A stretch of DNA of 64,000 bases from assembly GCA_052279835.1 (NCBI GenBank), contig CP181291.1, positions 768,001 through 832,000 on the forward strand. Direction: 5' to 3'. This document shows positions 20,061 to 29,656 of the stretch, one piece after another; position 1 is the first letter of the stretch; each line of letters opens with the position of its first letter. The stretch is from Microcoleus sp. Lineage in GTDB: Bacteria > Cyanobacteriota > Cyanobacteriia > Cyanobacteriales > Microcoleaceae. The notes beneath the pieces were generated by a model. That model was not told the origin of the DNA, did not search any database, and worked only from the letters and a program-made list of their open reading frames with translations. The translations under genes and the position numbers were made by a program.

Positions 20061-21662
20061 TTATTTCCGTGCTTCCGCTAACAAGGGTAACTCTATATTT
20101 CCACACACCAACTCTGCACAATTCCACTGCCGCAAATATTCACAAACTTCAGAAATAATCGCATTTGCCGCATCTAATTTTCCAGCCTGATGCGCGTGAT
20201 AATGCGCTCTGATTAACGGCTGAATATCCTCAATATCTTGCCATTCCGATTTTGGTTTGAGGGGAATGCTGATATAATAATTATAGGCTTGGCTGTGGGC
20301 GGTACGGAGATGTTCGGGATGGTGATTTAGCAGATGTTCGCCCTTTTCTCGGACTAGGGGATGCAACTGATAGGATTTGAGATGGCGATCGTAATATAGT
20401 AATTGTCGGCGCTTCAGTGCCAGGATAATATTTTCTTTGAGTTCGTATTTGCTGACTTCAGGCATTTGAGCGCTAATCCCGGCAAAAGATAGGGGATATT
20501 CTGAGGTTTGATAGACTGAAATTCGGCCCAGACAAGTTTGCTCGCCGTCACTGAGACGCGCTATCATTTCATCAATTAATCTTTCAATATCTCGAATTAG
20601 CAACCAGTCTCTATTGTGTAAAAACATCCCGACATTTCCTTGAAACTCGGTATCGTCTCGAATCAAGGCTGCGACGAGTTGTAAGGCTTTGGGATGTCCA
20701 CAATAGCGATCGCCCATTTCGGCTAATTCCTCTGCATTTGCAGTCAGATTGAAAGATTGCAACAGGGAAATTGCAGCATCTCGCTCCAATCCGTTGAGCA
20801 GGATTTCGCGGGTGACAGTGGGCGGCAATTCGGCTAAGCTTTCGCGACTGGTGAAGATGATTTTGCTTTGATGTTCTGTTTCTAATAGTTGTTTGAATAA
20901 CCAAGCATATTCTGCACAATCGTCTGCGAAATAACCAGCCGCTTTGGCTTCTCCTGTTTTCAAAAGTGTTTCGGCGCGATCGAACACAATTAAGCAAGGT
21001 TTTTCTCTGAGGATTTTGAGCAGATTTTCGGTTTTTTTGCCACACTCATTTTCAGCGTTGACGGCGGGAGTAATGTCGCCGTTGGAGAGGGTGAATAGCA
21101 GGGAGTCAATTGTGCGATCGCACGGGGGTGCTTTGCCTGTTGCGGATTGCAAGGATTGCCAAGCGGCGCTGGTGAAGGGGGTTTTTTCGGTGTGGAGTTG
21201 GCGGATTAGTTGGCTGGCGAGGGTGGTTTTTCCGATTCCGGGTAATCCGACTATTGAGATGGCGGTGATATCGGAGTTAACGATCGTAGTTTTTAAGGTG
21301 TCGATTTCTTTGGTACGCTGTACCCAATTTCTGACGGGGGGTAAGTTTTCGGGGAGGGGGAAAGTGCGATCGGTTTGGTTGTCTGGGGGGATATCTGCGA
21401 TCGCGGCGGCAAAGAGTGGTTCTGTTTTGATATTTTTGTAGCCTTCAGCAATGTATTCCCAATTTTCTATTTCTACGGCTTTGCAAATATTGATAAAGTT
21501 CTCTCTTCTAATTCCTTTTCGGCTCCAAAAACGCTTTAAGGTGGCTTTGGAAATTAAAGCTGCAAGACACCAAGAATCCTCAGTTTTGTTCCATTCGAGG
21601 TTGCGTCGCACCATATCAATGATTTTCAATCCTTCTTCGGATGCTCTGAGCAAGCCTGCCAT
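20061..21662 (-). CDS. NB-ARC (STAND) ATPase with N-terminal HTH-like domain
   Basis: GLPGIGKTT Walker A, LIVFDRAE Walker B, IIFTSRE, GHPKAL, YQLHPLVRE; N-terminal ATLKRFW..I...FINICKA. Confidence 0.9.
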   Translation of the reverse strand: MAGLLRASEEGLKIIDMVRRNLEWNKTEDSWCLAALISKATLKRFWSRKGIRRENFINICKAVEIENWEYIAEGYKNIKTEPLFAAAIADIPPDNQTDRTFPLPENLPPVRNWVQRTKEIDTLKTTIVNSDITAISIVGLPGIGKTTLASQLIRQLHTEKTPFTSAAWQSLQSATGKAPPCDRTIDSLLFTLSNGDITPAVNAENECGKKTENLLKILREKPCLIVFDRAETLLKTGEAKAAGYFADDCAEYAWLFKQLLETEHQSKIIFTSRESLAELPPTVTREILLNGLERDAAISLLQSFNLTANAEELAEMGDRYCGHPKALQLVAALIRDDTEFQGNVGMFLHNRDWLLIRDIERLIDEMIARLSDGEQTCLGRISVYQTSEYPLSFAGISAQMPEVSKYELKENIILALKRRQLLYYDRHLKSYQLHPLVREKGEHLLNHHPEHLRTAHSQAYNYYISIPLKPKSEWQDIEDIQPLIRAHYHAHQAGKLDAANAIISEVCEYLRQWNCAELVCGNIELPLLAEARK

Positions 21663-21714
21663 TGGTACTCCTCTACGGAAACTCTGCCTTAGTCAAGAAT
21701 GTTACACGATCTGG

Positions 21715-21785
21715 TGAGCCGAGAAGTGAGCCAAATGAGACAAATGAGCTAAATGAGCCTTTTTTGCTGAGCCAAATGGTGAGCC
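21715..21785. promoter_or_regulatory. Seven TGAG(C/A)(C/T) direct repeats, central copies with 9-bp period; putative operator
   Basis: Copies at 21715, 21727, 21736, 21745, 21754, 21768, 21780. Confidence 0.5.
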
Positions 21786-22038
21786 GTTTAGCCTTTGCAG
21801 ATTCAGGATTGTGGAGTAATCTGAAATGATGTGTTTGGCTGTCAGCTACGTTTGACGGTGCATCGGTTGGGCGATCGGGGATACAGCTTATCTGCGATCG
21901 GGAGTAATGTAAAGTTTTGTTACAAATATAGGGCAATTTGCATAAAAAGCAGATGAAGGCCCTGATAGATATTTAGGAAAGCTTGCTAGGCGGGCTTTGC
22001 TGGTTTTGACGCAACTATATTTTTGAGGAGATGGGATT

Positions 22039-25000
22039 ATGACGGAATCTATAATTGCTACGCGGGATGGAAAAGTCGGAACAGTCGATGCAACATCAGG
22101 AAGTTTTTCACAAATAGCAACAAGTAACCTAGATTTCTCTGACATTGCTTTATCTAATAGTGGTCAGCTTTTCGGAATTACGTTTGACAATTTATATAAA
22201 ATAGATCCAAATTTAGGTTCTGCTTCACTTATTGGCAACTTTGGTTTAGGTTCTTCGGTTGGGTTGAATGCTTTAGAATTTGCCAACAATACACTTTATG
22301 CGGCTGCTGATGGAGCTAATTTATACACTATTAATGTCAATACTGGTGCAGCCAATTTAGCAGCCAACTTGGGTTCAGAATTCGATAGTAGTGGTGACTT
22401 AGTATTTGATGCTGCTAATAATCGATTTTTTGCTACATCAACAGGGACAACAAGTGATAGCTTGTTTTCAGTATCCCTTACAGGTCAAGCAACCAAAATT
22501 GGTAATATTGGCTTTACAAATGTTTTTGGTGTATCATTTGAAAATGGCAATCTTATCGGCTTCACGGAAGATCGAAAGCGAATTACTATCAATTCCACAA
22601 CGGGAACCGGTACGTTTGATAAAAATTTAACGGGTATTAGCGGTTCAATTGGGGGAGCATCGTCTATTCCATCTGCAACACCAACTCCGACTCCTCCAAC
22701 TCCGACACCTCCGACGGTTGTAACTCCAACTCCAACACCTCCGACGGTTGTAACTCCAACACCGACACCCCCGACGGTTGTAACTCCAACTCCGACACCC
22801 CCGACGGTTGTAACTCCAACTCCGACACCTCCGACGGTTGTGACTCCAACTCCGACACCTCCGACGGTTGTAACTCCACCTCCCCTGACTATTCCAATTC
22901 CAATACAGACTTCAACTGTACCTCCGAGTCAAATTCCCAAACCTGATTCTAGTGGTGAAGTGGATCTAAATCCGCTAAAACTCAAAGTAATTAACGGTCA
23001 ATTCACATACAACGAAAAAACCAAGCGCTACGAAGCATCAGGTACTATCCAAATCGGACGAAAAGATGGGAAATTCCCATTGATTAATGTCCCACAAGGG
23101 ACAGTCAAATACGATCAGAATAAAATTACTGTTGATGGGACAGTATTTTCTAGTATTGGGAATGTAGCAGCACCTTTATTTAAGGGTAAGTTTGATCTCG
23201 ATGTAAAAACTGCGACTGGCTCAATCGATGAAGAATCTGGAAGTTTGCCCAATGAATTTAAAATTGGTGGTCTGGATATAGACTTCAAAAGTTTAAGTTT
23301 GAATTCTGATGCCCTTGCCCTTGGGAGTGACTTAAAATTGTCTAACGATCTAGGAAATATCCAGCTACCGTTATCAGTAGACGGTTTAATAATTGATAAA
23401 AAAGGGCCGAAATTAAATTCTAGTTTTAATTTTTCCTCAAACAAGATTATTGACAACCGTTCGCCAGACAAAAATTCAAAAACCAAAGAGATAAAGGGAT
23501 TTCAGAAGTTTAATCTGCTCGGTTATGTCGGAGTCAAGGAAATATCAGACGTATCATTAGAGTATCTTGCACCTGAAGATAGTTTAAAGTTGAGAGGCAA
23601 GTTTACATTCGATGTTCCTAAAACCTTTGGTAAAGATTCTGAAGTTGTTGCCGACCTATCAGGGGAGAATTTCTTACAGTACAAAAATGGTAAGTTGGAT
23701 GTCAACGGAGCATTTACTATCAAAAGGGATGTGAAGTTAGATAAAGTGGCTGCATTGAAGGATCTCAAACTTACTTGGAATAGTATTACAAGGGAGTTTG
23801 GTGCGGGAGCTACAATTAAGTTTCCAGACACTCCAGGGAAGAAAGATGGCTTAGAGATAGGAGGAGATATTGGTATTACATATAACCCTTGGGATTTGAA
23901 ATCACTTTCTGGAAAGGTGGACAACCTCAACAAACCTATCGCAGGAACTCCTTTCTATCTTCAGGGGGGGTCAGTTAAGTTAGACAACATTAATCCTTTC
24001 CGACGATTCTCAGGAGAACCAAATCTTTCCAACATAAAACTTAGTGCCGCAGAATTTAAGTCAACATTTGGAGCTCAGTTATCCGAGTCAGTAAAAATCC
24101 CATTACCTGATTGGGCTGGAGGTGACCAGGAGTTTTCGTCTCTAGGTGAATTTAAAGGAGGTATCATAATCGACTTCTGGGATAGCATTACTGCAAAGGG
24201 AGAAGCAAAGTTTTTCAAAGATACAATTGCAGGTGGCAATCTTGATATCACAGCAAATTTAAAAGATTCCTCTCTAAGCATCAAAGGTGGAATTTCAGGG
24301 TTCAATGGCTTATTCTCAATAGATGGTAGCTTCAAAATAACTCCCAAAGGATTCACGATTACTGGTGAACCAAAACTCAAATATCCTAAAGTTCTTCGTT
24401 TGCCATTTATGAAAGATGAAGGCGATGACAAGAAAAATGAAAAAGGTGATAAAACAATTTCAAGTAGTTTAGTCATCGACTTTACGGACGACAAGAATTT
24501 CTCTAATGATTATGCGCGCGTTACAAGCACATTTAAATTTGAGAAAATTGCACCGTTTCTTCCTGATATTTCTCTTACAATAGGAGCTGAAATTTCGTTC
24601 GACGGTAAAGTCAAAATCTTAACTAAAGAGGCTCCTAAAACTAGCAGTTCAATAGCTGCCTCTAGCCTAACTGAAAGAGTAGCCTTTAGCAATCAGCTTG
24701 AAGCTAGTGCAGATAAAACAGCTTCCGCCATAAAAGGCTTTACTGTGACCCCAGGCACGCCGTGGATAATCCTCAATGCCAACTGGGATAATGCCTCTAG
24801 CAATACTCCAGTTGAAATCAAAGCACCCAATGGTGCTATTTTCAAAGAGTCCGATTTTGCAGCCAATAAGATTGCGGTTGTTGATGCCCTCACCAGTACA
24901 ACTACGAAGGCAGTTGTTATAGCCAATCCACAACCAGGTAATTGGGATATCAACTTAACAAATTCTGCTGCTTTAGGTACTGTAGAGTACAGTGCTTTTG

Positions 25001-26292
25001 AAGATTCTCAGGCTCCTACTGTTCAAGTGACGACCCCATCTAAAGATGTCAGTGGGCAAAATGTTACCATCAATTACAACGCCTTTGATGCTGATTCCAC
25101 TGCCAAAGTTAGCCTGTTCTACGACACTGACAACAAAGGTTTCGATGGCATTCTAATCAAAGGTGGCCTTGAAGAAAAAGACGGTGCAGGCAACTTCGTC
25201 TGGAACACTCAAGGCATCCCCACTGGCGATTACTACGTCTATGCAATGGCGATGGATGAAAACAATGCACCTGTTTTTAGCTACTCACCGCTGCCGATTA
25301 AGGTGACAGAATCAGCAGATTTATCAGTTACTAAAACAGCCGATCGCGATACAGCCATACCGGGAAGCAACGTCACCTACACCGTTGCAGTAACCAACAA
25401 CGGCACTGATAACGCTAAAGGTGCAATCCTCACCGAAACCTTGCCAGAGGGTGCTAAATTTGTTTCCGCGAATATCGCCCCCACCAAACAGTCAGGAAAT
25501 GAACTAACTTTTGACCTCGGCGATGTACCCAAAGGTCAAATTTCAACTGTTAGCATTACCGTTACTGCGCCGACAACCGGAAACATCACCGGTACATCTA
25601 GCATAACGAGTAAAACATACGACCCAGACATCTCCAATGATTTCGATTTCGCCAGCACTACAGTCACAAATGACGGCACTGAATCGGCGACAGATAATAT
25701 TTTACCAACACCAACACCAACACCACCTCGTCCTCCACTGCGTCAAGTTTTAGGAACACCTGAAAACGACAATCTAGTTGGCATAGACGCAGCAGATAGC
25801 ATCGCTGGTTTCGCAGGCGATGACACCCTTGCCGGACTTGGCGGAGATGACATCATCTACGGCAATAAAGGCAACGATATCATCACTGGCGACAGCGGAA
25901 ATGACAACATATTTGGCGGCCGAGGCAACGATCTAATCCTAGGAGGTGCAGACAACGATCGCCTCAAAGGAAACGAAGGCGATGACACCCTCAGCGGCGA
26001 TTTAGGACGAGATATCTTAATCGGCGGCCCCGGCAGCGATACCTTTGTCCTACCCAAAAATGCGGCCGTAACTGGTGATTTTCTGCCAGATGCTATCTTA
26101 GACTTCCAATTAGGTGCAGATAAAATTGGACTGACAGAAGGATTAACACAAGCCAACCTACTTTTGAACTTTGAACTAGGCAACACCGTCATCAAAATTG
26201 CAGGTTCAAATCAAACTTTAGGTGTTGTTGTCGGTGTAACTCCGAGTCAGCTAAGCGGTAGTTTTGTCTCCATCAATCTGCCACTGATTTAG
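22039..26292 (+). CDS. Large RTX-type calcium-binding protein (propeller-like N-terminus, Pro/Thr linker, DUF11 domain, GGxGxD repeats)
   Basis: 1417 aa; ADLSVTKTAD..PGSNVTYTVAVTNNG DUF11 pattern; GGRGNDLI and GGPGSDTF repeats; no evident signal peptide. Confidence 0.88.
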   Translation: MTESIIATRDGKVGTVDATSGSFSQIATSNLDFSDIALSNSGQLFGITFDNLYKIDPNLGSASLIGNFGLGSSVGLNALEFANNTLYAAADGANLYTINVNTGAANLAANLGSEFDSSGDLVFDAANNRFFATSTGTTSDSLFSVSLTGQATKIGNIGFTNVFGVSFENGNLIGFTEDRKRITINSTTGTGTFDKNLTGISGSIGGASSIPSATPTPTPPTPTPPTVVTPTPTPPTVVTPTPTPPTVVTPTPTPPTVVTPTPTPPTVVTPTPTPPTVVTPPPLTIPIPIQTSTVPPSQIPKPDSSGEVDLNPLKLKVINGQFTYNEKTKRYEASGTIQIGRKDGKFPLINVPQGTVKYDQNKITVDGTVFSSIGNVAAPLFKGKFDLDVKTATGSIDEESGSLPNEFKIGGLDIDFKSLSLNSDALALGSDLKLSNDLGNIQLPLSVDGLIIDKKGPKLNSSFNFSSNKIIDNRSPDKNSKTKEIKGFQKFNLLGYVGVKEISDVSLEYLAPEDSLKLRGKFTFDVPKTFGKDSEVVADLSGENFLQYKNGKLDVNGAFTIKRDVKLDKVAALKDLKLTWNSITREFGAGATIKFPDTPGKKDGLEIGGDIGITYNPWDLKSLSGKVDNLNKPIAGTPFYLQGGSVKLDNINPFRRFSGEPNLSNIKLSAAEFKSTFGAQLSESVKIPLPDWAGGDQEFSSLGEFKGGIIIDFWDSITAKGEAKFFKDTIAGGNLDITANLKDSSLSIKGGISGFNGLFSIDGSFKITPKGFTITGEPKLKYPKVLRLPFMKDEGDDKKNEKGDKTISSSLVIDFTDDKNFSNDYARVTSTFKFEKIAPFLPDISLTIGAEISFDGKVKILTKEAPKTSSSIAASSLTERVAFSNQLEASADKTASAIKGFTVTPGTPWIILNANWDNASSNTPVEIKAPNGAIFKESDFAANKIAVVDALTSTTTKAVVIANPQPGNWDINLTNSAALGTVEYSAFEDSQAPTVQVTTPSKDVSGQNVTINYNAFDADSTAKVSLFYDTDNKGFDGILIKGGLEEKDGAGNFVWNTQGIPTGDYYVYAMAMDENNAPVFSYSPLPIKVTESADLSVTKTADRDTAIPGSNVTYTVAVTNNGTDNAKGAILTETLPEGAKFVSANIAPTKQSGNELTFDLGDVPKGQISTVSITVTAPTTGNITGTSSITSKTYDPDISNDFDFASTTVTNDGTESATDNILPTPTPTPPRPPLRQVLGTPENDNLVGIDAADSIAGFAGDDTLAGLGGDDIIYGNKGNDIITGDSGNDNIFGGRGNDLILGGADNDRLKGNEGDDTLSGDLGRDILIGGPGSDTFVLPKNAAVTGDFLPDAILDFQLGADKIGLTEGLTQANLLLNFELGNTVIKIAGSNQTLGVVVGVTPSQLSGSFVSINLPLI
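22694..22883 (+). repeat. In-frame 30-bp tandem repeat encoding PTPTPPTVVT, about six copies
   Basis: ccaactccgacacctccgacggttgtaact units. Confidence 0.9.
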
Positions 26293-26406
26293 GATAATCC
26301 GATTAGTGCGATCGCCCTTTACGACAAAAAGAGCGATCGCCCTTAAAATCAGAACAGACAAACAACATGATATGGTTAATATAGAATTTGTCAGAATCCA
26401 TTATGT

Positions 26407-26880
26407 ATGAGTGAAACTGTCTATATCGAAACCAGTATCTTGGGCTACCTCACCGCCAGAGCCAACAAAAACCTGATTCTAGCTGCAAACATTGAGGTAA
26501 CACGAGATTGGTGGGAATTTCGGCGAAGCAATTTCAATCTCTACATCTCACAAGTTGTTTTGGATGAAATAGCAGAAGGGGACTCAGAGATTGCGGCTCA
26601 ACGTTTGGAGATACTTCGCGACTTTCCATTGCTGGAACTCAATCAAGCTGTACGAGACTTAGCAGGACAATTTCTCGCACGAAGCAATCTTCCCCCCAAG
26701 GCTGCTGATGATGCAGTTCATATTGCAACAGCTACTGTTTATGGTTTAGATTACCTGCTAACATGGAACTGTAAGCATATCGCTAACGCTCAAATTCAGA
26801 GAAAACTCGCAGAAATTAGTCTCGATTTCGGATACCAATTACCGATAATTTGCACGCCTTACGAACTACTAGGAGGTTAA
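26407..26880 (+). CDS. PIN-domain (VapC-like) toxin
   Basis: VYIETSIL, ISQVVLDEI, DAVHIATA, LLTWNCKHIAN. Confidence 0.9.
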   Translation: MSETVYIETSILGYLTARANKNLILAANIEVTRDWWEFRRSNFNLYISQVVLDEIAEGDSEIAAQRLEILRDFPLLELNQAVRDLAGQFLARSNLPPKAADDAVHIATATVYGLDYLLTWNCKHIANAQIQRKLAEISLDFGYQLPIICTPYELLGG

Positions 26881-26883
26881 TTC

Positions 26884-27063
26884 ATGTGGCAAGATGAGAT
26901 CGTGGAAGAAATTCACCGAATTCGTGAAGAACACGCCAAGTCTTTCAACTACGACTTGGATGCCATGTTTGCAGATTGGCAGAAAAAGCAGGCTAAAAGT
27001 GGAAGGGAAATAATCTCAAAATCACTCAATCCACGCACTCAACCCACTCCTATTTGTGGTTAA
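26884..27063 (+). CDS. Small partner protein of the PIN toxin (putative antitoxin); absent from the ORF track
   Basis: GGAGG RBS then MWQDEIVEEIHRIREEHAKSFNYDLDAMFADWQKKQAKSGREIISKSLNPRTQPTPICG*, 59 aa. Confidence 0.75.
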   Translation: MWQDEIVEEIHRIREEHAKSFNYDLDAMFADWQKKQAKSGREIISKSLNPRTQPTPICG

Positions 27064-27111
27064 AAAAGTGCGATCGCCCTTGACGACAAAAAGTGCGATC
27101 GCCCTTCATCC

Positions 27112-27447
27112 TCATAAATACTCTACCATTCCGACCATATCTTCAGGTGTGTAAATTTCATATAGCAAAATCAACATTTCTATTACTTGTCCGATCGAAC
27201 GACTGCCTTGTTTAAAATAAGCCACACCCGGATGATCCTTACTCATACCAGCCATAACTAGAAAGTCTCGATCCTGAGTGACAAGCACTCGCTGCTGTTG
27301 TTGAATAAACAACCACTGCTGCTCATCCATCTTAGTCCTTAATCCTGCTTCAACCGTTGTCGTCACATCAATGCCATAGAGACGTAACGCCCTAGCAATG
27401 TCACGATCGATATGCTCATCTAAATGAAACCTAATTCGCAGACTCAC
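27112..27447 (-). CDS. DUF5615 PIN-like toxin
   Basis: FHLDEHI, GIDVTT, RVLVTQDRDFL, HPGV. Confidence 0.88.
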   Translation of the reverse strand: MSLRIRFHLDEHIDRDIARALRLYGIDVTTTVEAGLRTKMDEQQWLFIQQQQRVLVTQDRDFLVMAGMSKDHPGVAYFKQGSRSIGQVIEMLILLYEIYTPEDMVGMVEYL

Positions 27448-27754
27448 CTTTTAATTCCTTTATTTTTGCTTGTAACCTACCTGGATTTTGACGCATAAAT
27501 TCATCCACAAAAGCATCATCTTCTGCCATTTCTCTGTCAATTGCTTGGCGATGATCGTAATAATAAGCCATAGCGTCATAAACTGCGGCTACAAGCAGAT
27601 CGTACTTAGTGGCAATTTCTAAAAGAGAATAACCCATTTTTAGGTGCATCACCATCACGTCTTGTACGGCGATTCTCGTCCCAGCAATCCGGGGTTTCCC
27701 GCCTCTTACTCCCGGTGTCATTTCAATGTGTTCTACGCTTACTGTTGTTACCAT
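27431..27754 (-). CDS. DUF433 domain protein (putative antitoxin)
   Basis: HIEMTPGVRGGKPRIAGTRIAVQDV...VYDAMAYYYDH; likely start at 27754. Confidence 0.9.
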   Translation of the reverse strand: MVTTVSVEHIEMTPGVRGGKPRIAGTRIAVQDVMVMHLKMGYSLLEIATKYDLLVAAVYDAMAYYYDHRQAIDREMAEDDAFVDEFMRQNPGRLQAKIKELKGESAN

Positions 27755-28124
27755 AATTTTTGAGTAGGTATGATTCAAAAATACTACTATTATAGCCCAA
27801 ATAGATATTTTTACAAGCTCGATCGTTTGGGATTTTGAATAATAGCGATCGCCCTTAATCCATCCCCGTTCATCTGCGGTTCAAAAAAAGTACGATCGCC
27901 CTTAATTCATCCGCGTCCATTCGCGTTAATCTGCGGTTGCTAAAAAGTGCGATCGCCCTTAATCCATCCCCGTTCATCTGCGGTTCAAAAAAAGTACGAT
28001 CGCCCTTACGACAAAAAGAGCGATCGCCCTTCATCACCCCACCTCTATTTGTGGTTAAAAAAGCGATCGCGTTCCTTAAAATTTTGGCAGGTTTTGCTAA
28101 CAAATTTATACTTCTACTGTTGAG

Positions 28125-28301
28125 CTATCGAGCGCTCGCCTGACTCGATTCAATCTTTGCTGGCGAAGCTGTTTCTGCCAGCATCGCATTAATCTCTCCC
28201 AATTCTAAATTGACTTCTTGAACCTCCAAGCGGGTTCGACGGAGATTAGCTAGTAAACGTTTAGATGTTTCTGGATCGGGGATGCGCGGTTGTTTATTCA
28301 T
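28125..28301 (-). CDS. Small hypothetical protein; absent from the ORF track
   Basis: ATGA overlap with the upstream stop; MNKQPRIPDPETSKRLLANLRRTRLEVQEVNLELGEINAMLAETASPAKIESSQASAR*, 58 aa. Confidence 0.55.
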   Translation of the reverse strand: MNKQPRIPDPETSKRLLANLRRTRLEVQEVNLELGEINAMLAETASPAKIESSQASAR

Positions 28302-28672
28302 GGCAAGTTATATTCCATCTTAACTTCTTCAATACTACGCTCCAGTGCGGGAATCCTTGCTTGGGTTCGTGCTATAGCTCGTTCTAGTAATTGTAACATA
28401 TCACTAGAGGCAACAGGTTGAGCTTGGGCAATTTGAAGCTGGATAGTAGATAGTTGGGAGTAGGAAGATTCAGCATTTTCGGCTGCACTTTTCATTTCAT
28501 CTAGTGCCGCAATCGTTGCGTCTGTCTCTCCAAACAGTTCAAAAATGGTTAATTCCAAGGCTAAAGCTTTATTAACAATATTTAACGACTGCTGTTTTAA
28601 TTGATTGATGATTTCAGTAGTTTCTGATGGTAAATCAGCCATATTTATACCCCGATAACAAGCTGCTATCAT
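28298..28672 (-). CDS. Hypothetical helical protein
   Basis: 124 aa ORF; likely start MADLPSET. Confidence 0.75.
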   Translation of the reverse strand: MIAACYRGINMADLPSETTEIINQLKQQSLNIVNKALALELTIFELFGETDATIAALDEMKSAAENAESSYSQLSTIQLQIAQAQPVASSDMLQLLERAIARTQARIPALERSIEEVKMEYNLP

Positions 28673-28737
28673 TAAAACATAACAGAGTGTACTTTAGCAA
28701 CAGTGTCTATCCCCGTTTATCTAGTGCGATCGCCCTT

Positions 28738-28906
28738 CATCATATTGAATGATTTACAGACAATTGTTAACTTAAAAAAATTGAAAGGCGATGATAATGC
28801 GTATCGGCTTGGCGACTATCGAATAGGTTTTTATTTTGATGGCGAAACTGTTACTTTTGCCAGGGTGCTTCACCGGAAAGATATTTATCGCTACTTTCCA
28901 CCATAA
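28738..28906 (+). pseudogene. 5'-truncated RelE/ParE-family toxin
   Basis: NLKKLKGDDNAYRLGDYRIGFYFDGETVTFARVLHRKDIYRYFP is the C-terminal half of a RelE-type toxin; it begins right after the HIP1 motif at 28726. Confidence 0.75.
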
Positions 28907-28942
28907 AGCTGTTTTCACTCTGACAGAAGGTTATCGCTGTAT

Positions 28943-29596
28943 TCATCTACGGTTCAAAAATTCCCTAACTTTTTCCCGAAACAAACGTACCGCCGCCCTT
29001 TGCCCGATGGTTTTACTTTGCTCAATAAAAGCTGGAATTTCGGCGATCGGCAAAAACCCAAAAGCCAAACTATTCTCCCTCTCCTGATAACTTCCCTCAA
29101 CCAATTGATACACTACAAGAGATTGATTGCGATATCTCCAGATTTCAGGAACCCCCAGAGCGGCATAAATTGAGAACTTATTCAAAGAAGAACTCGTGTA
29201 GTCTGATTCTACCACTAAATCCGGTGGCGGATCTGCGGGTAAATTGATGCTTTTACCTCTGACTACCGATTCATTTTGAATGTAAAAACAAGTATCCGGT
29301 TCAATAGCACGAGTTAAATCTTCCCGTTCTAAAGTCAATGCACCGATCTGTCTCATTTCAATTTCCATTTCATCTACTATAACACCAACAAAGTGTTCTA
29401 TCATTCCTACTGGTTCTTCATGTTCAGTTAGTGGCATTCTGATTTCTAAGACTCCTTCAGCATAAGCAATTCTCCAGGCTCTACCATCGCCGACATCGGA
29501 CATTATTGCTTTAAATGTTTGCCATTTAATGCCTGTCAAGGTAATTAATTTTTCCTCGCTACTTTGTAGAGGAGGAGTCAATGTGGTTGTTACCAT
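28943..29596 (-). CDS. Uma2 family endonuclease
   Basis: GVLEIRMPLTEHE, IEPDTCFYIQN, PPPDLVVESD, YAALGVPEIWRY. Confidence 0.92.
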   Translation of the reverse strand: MVTTTLTPPLQSSEEKLITLTGIKWQTFKAIMSDVGDGRAWRIAYAEGVLEIRMPLTEHEEPVGMIEHFVGVIVDEMEIEMRQIGALTLEREDLTRAIEPDTCFYIQNESVVRGKSINLPADPPPDLVVESDYTSSSLNKFSIYAALGVPEIWRYRNQSLVVYQLVEGSYQERENSLAFGFLPIAEIPAFIEQSKTIGQRAAVRLFREKVREFLNRR

Positions 29597-29656
29597 TTGA
29601 GCTACAATTAGTTAGGATTTTATTGATTTTAACATATCCTTTTTTCCTCTGCTGCC

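Noticed and set aside
21905..21925. HLR1/RpaB-like or NtcA-like site tgtaaagttttgttaca (similar sequence at about 11313)
   Set aside because: GTA-TAC spacing is 9, not the 8 expected for NtcA; the HLR1 match is imperfect; no TSS data
27845..28070. Possible CRISPR mini-array
   Set aside because: The repeat is only about 12-19 bp, spacer lengths are irregular, and spacers are duplicated and related to each other. Kept as a HIP1-site array instead
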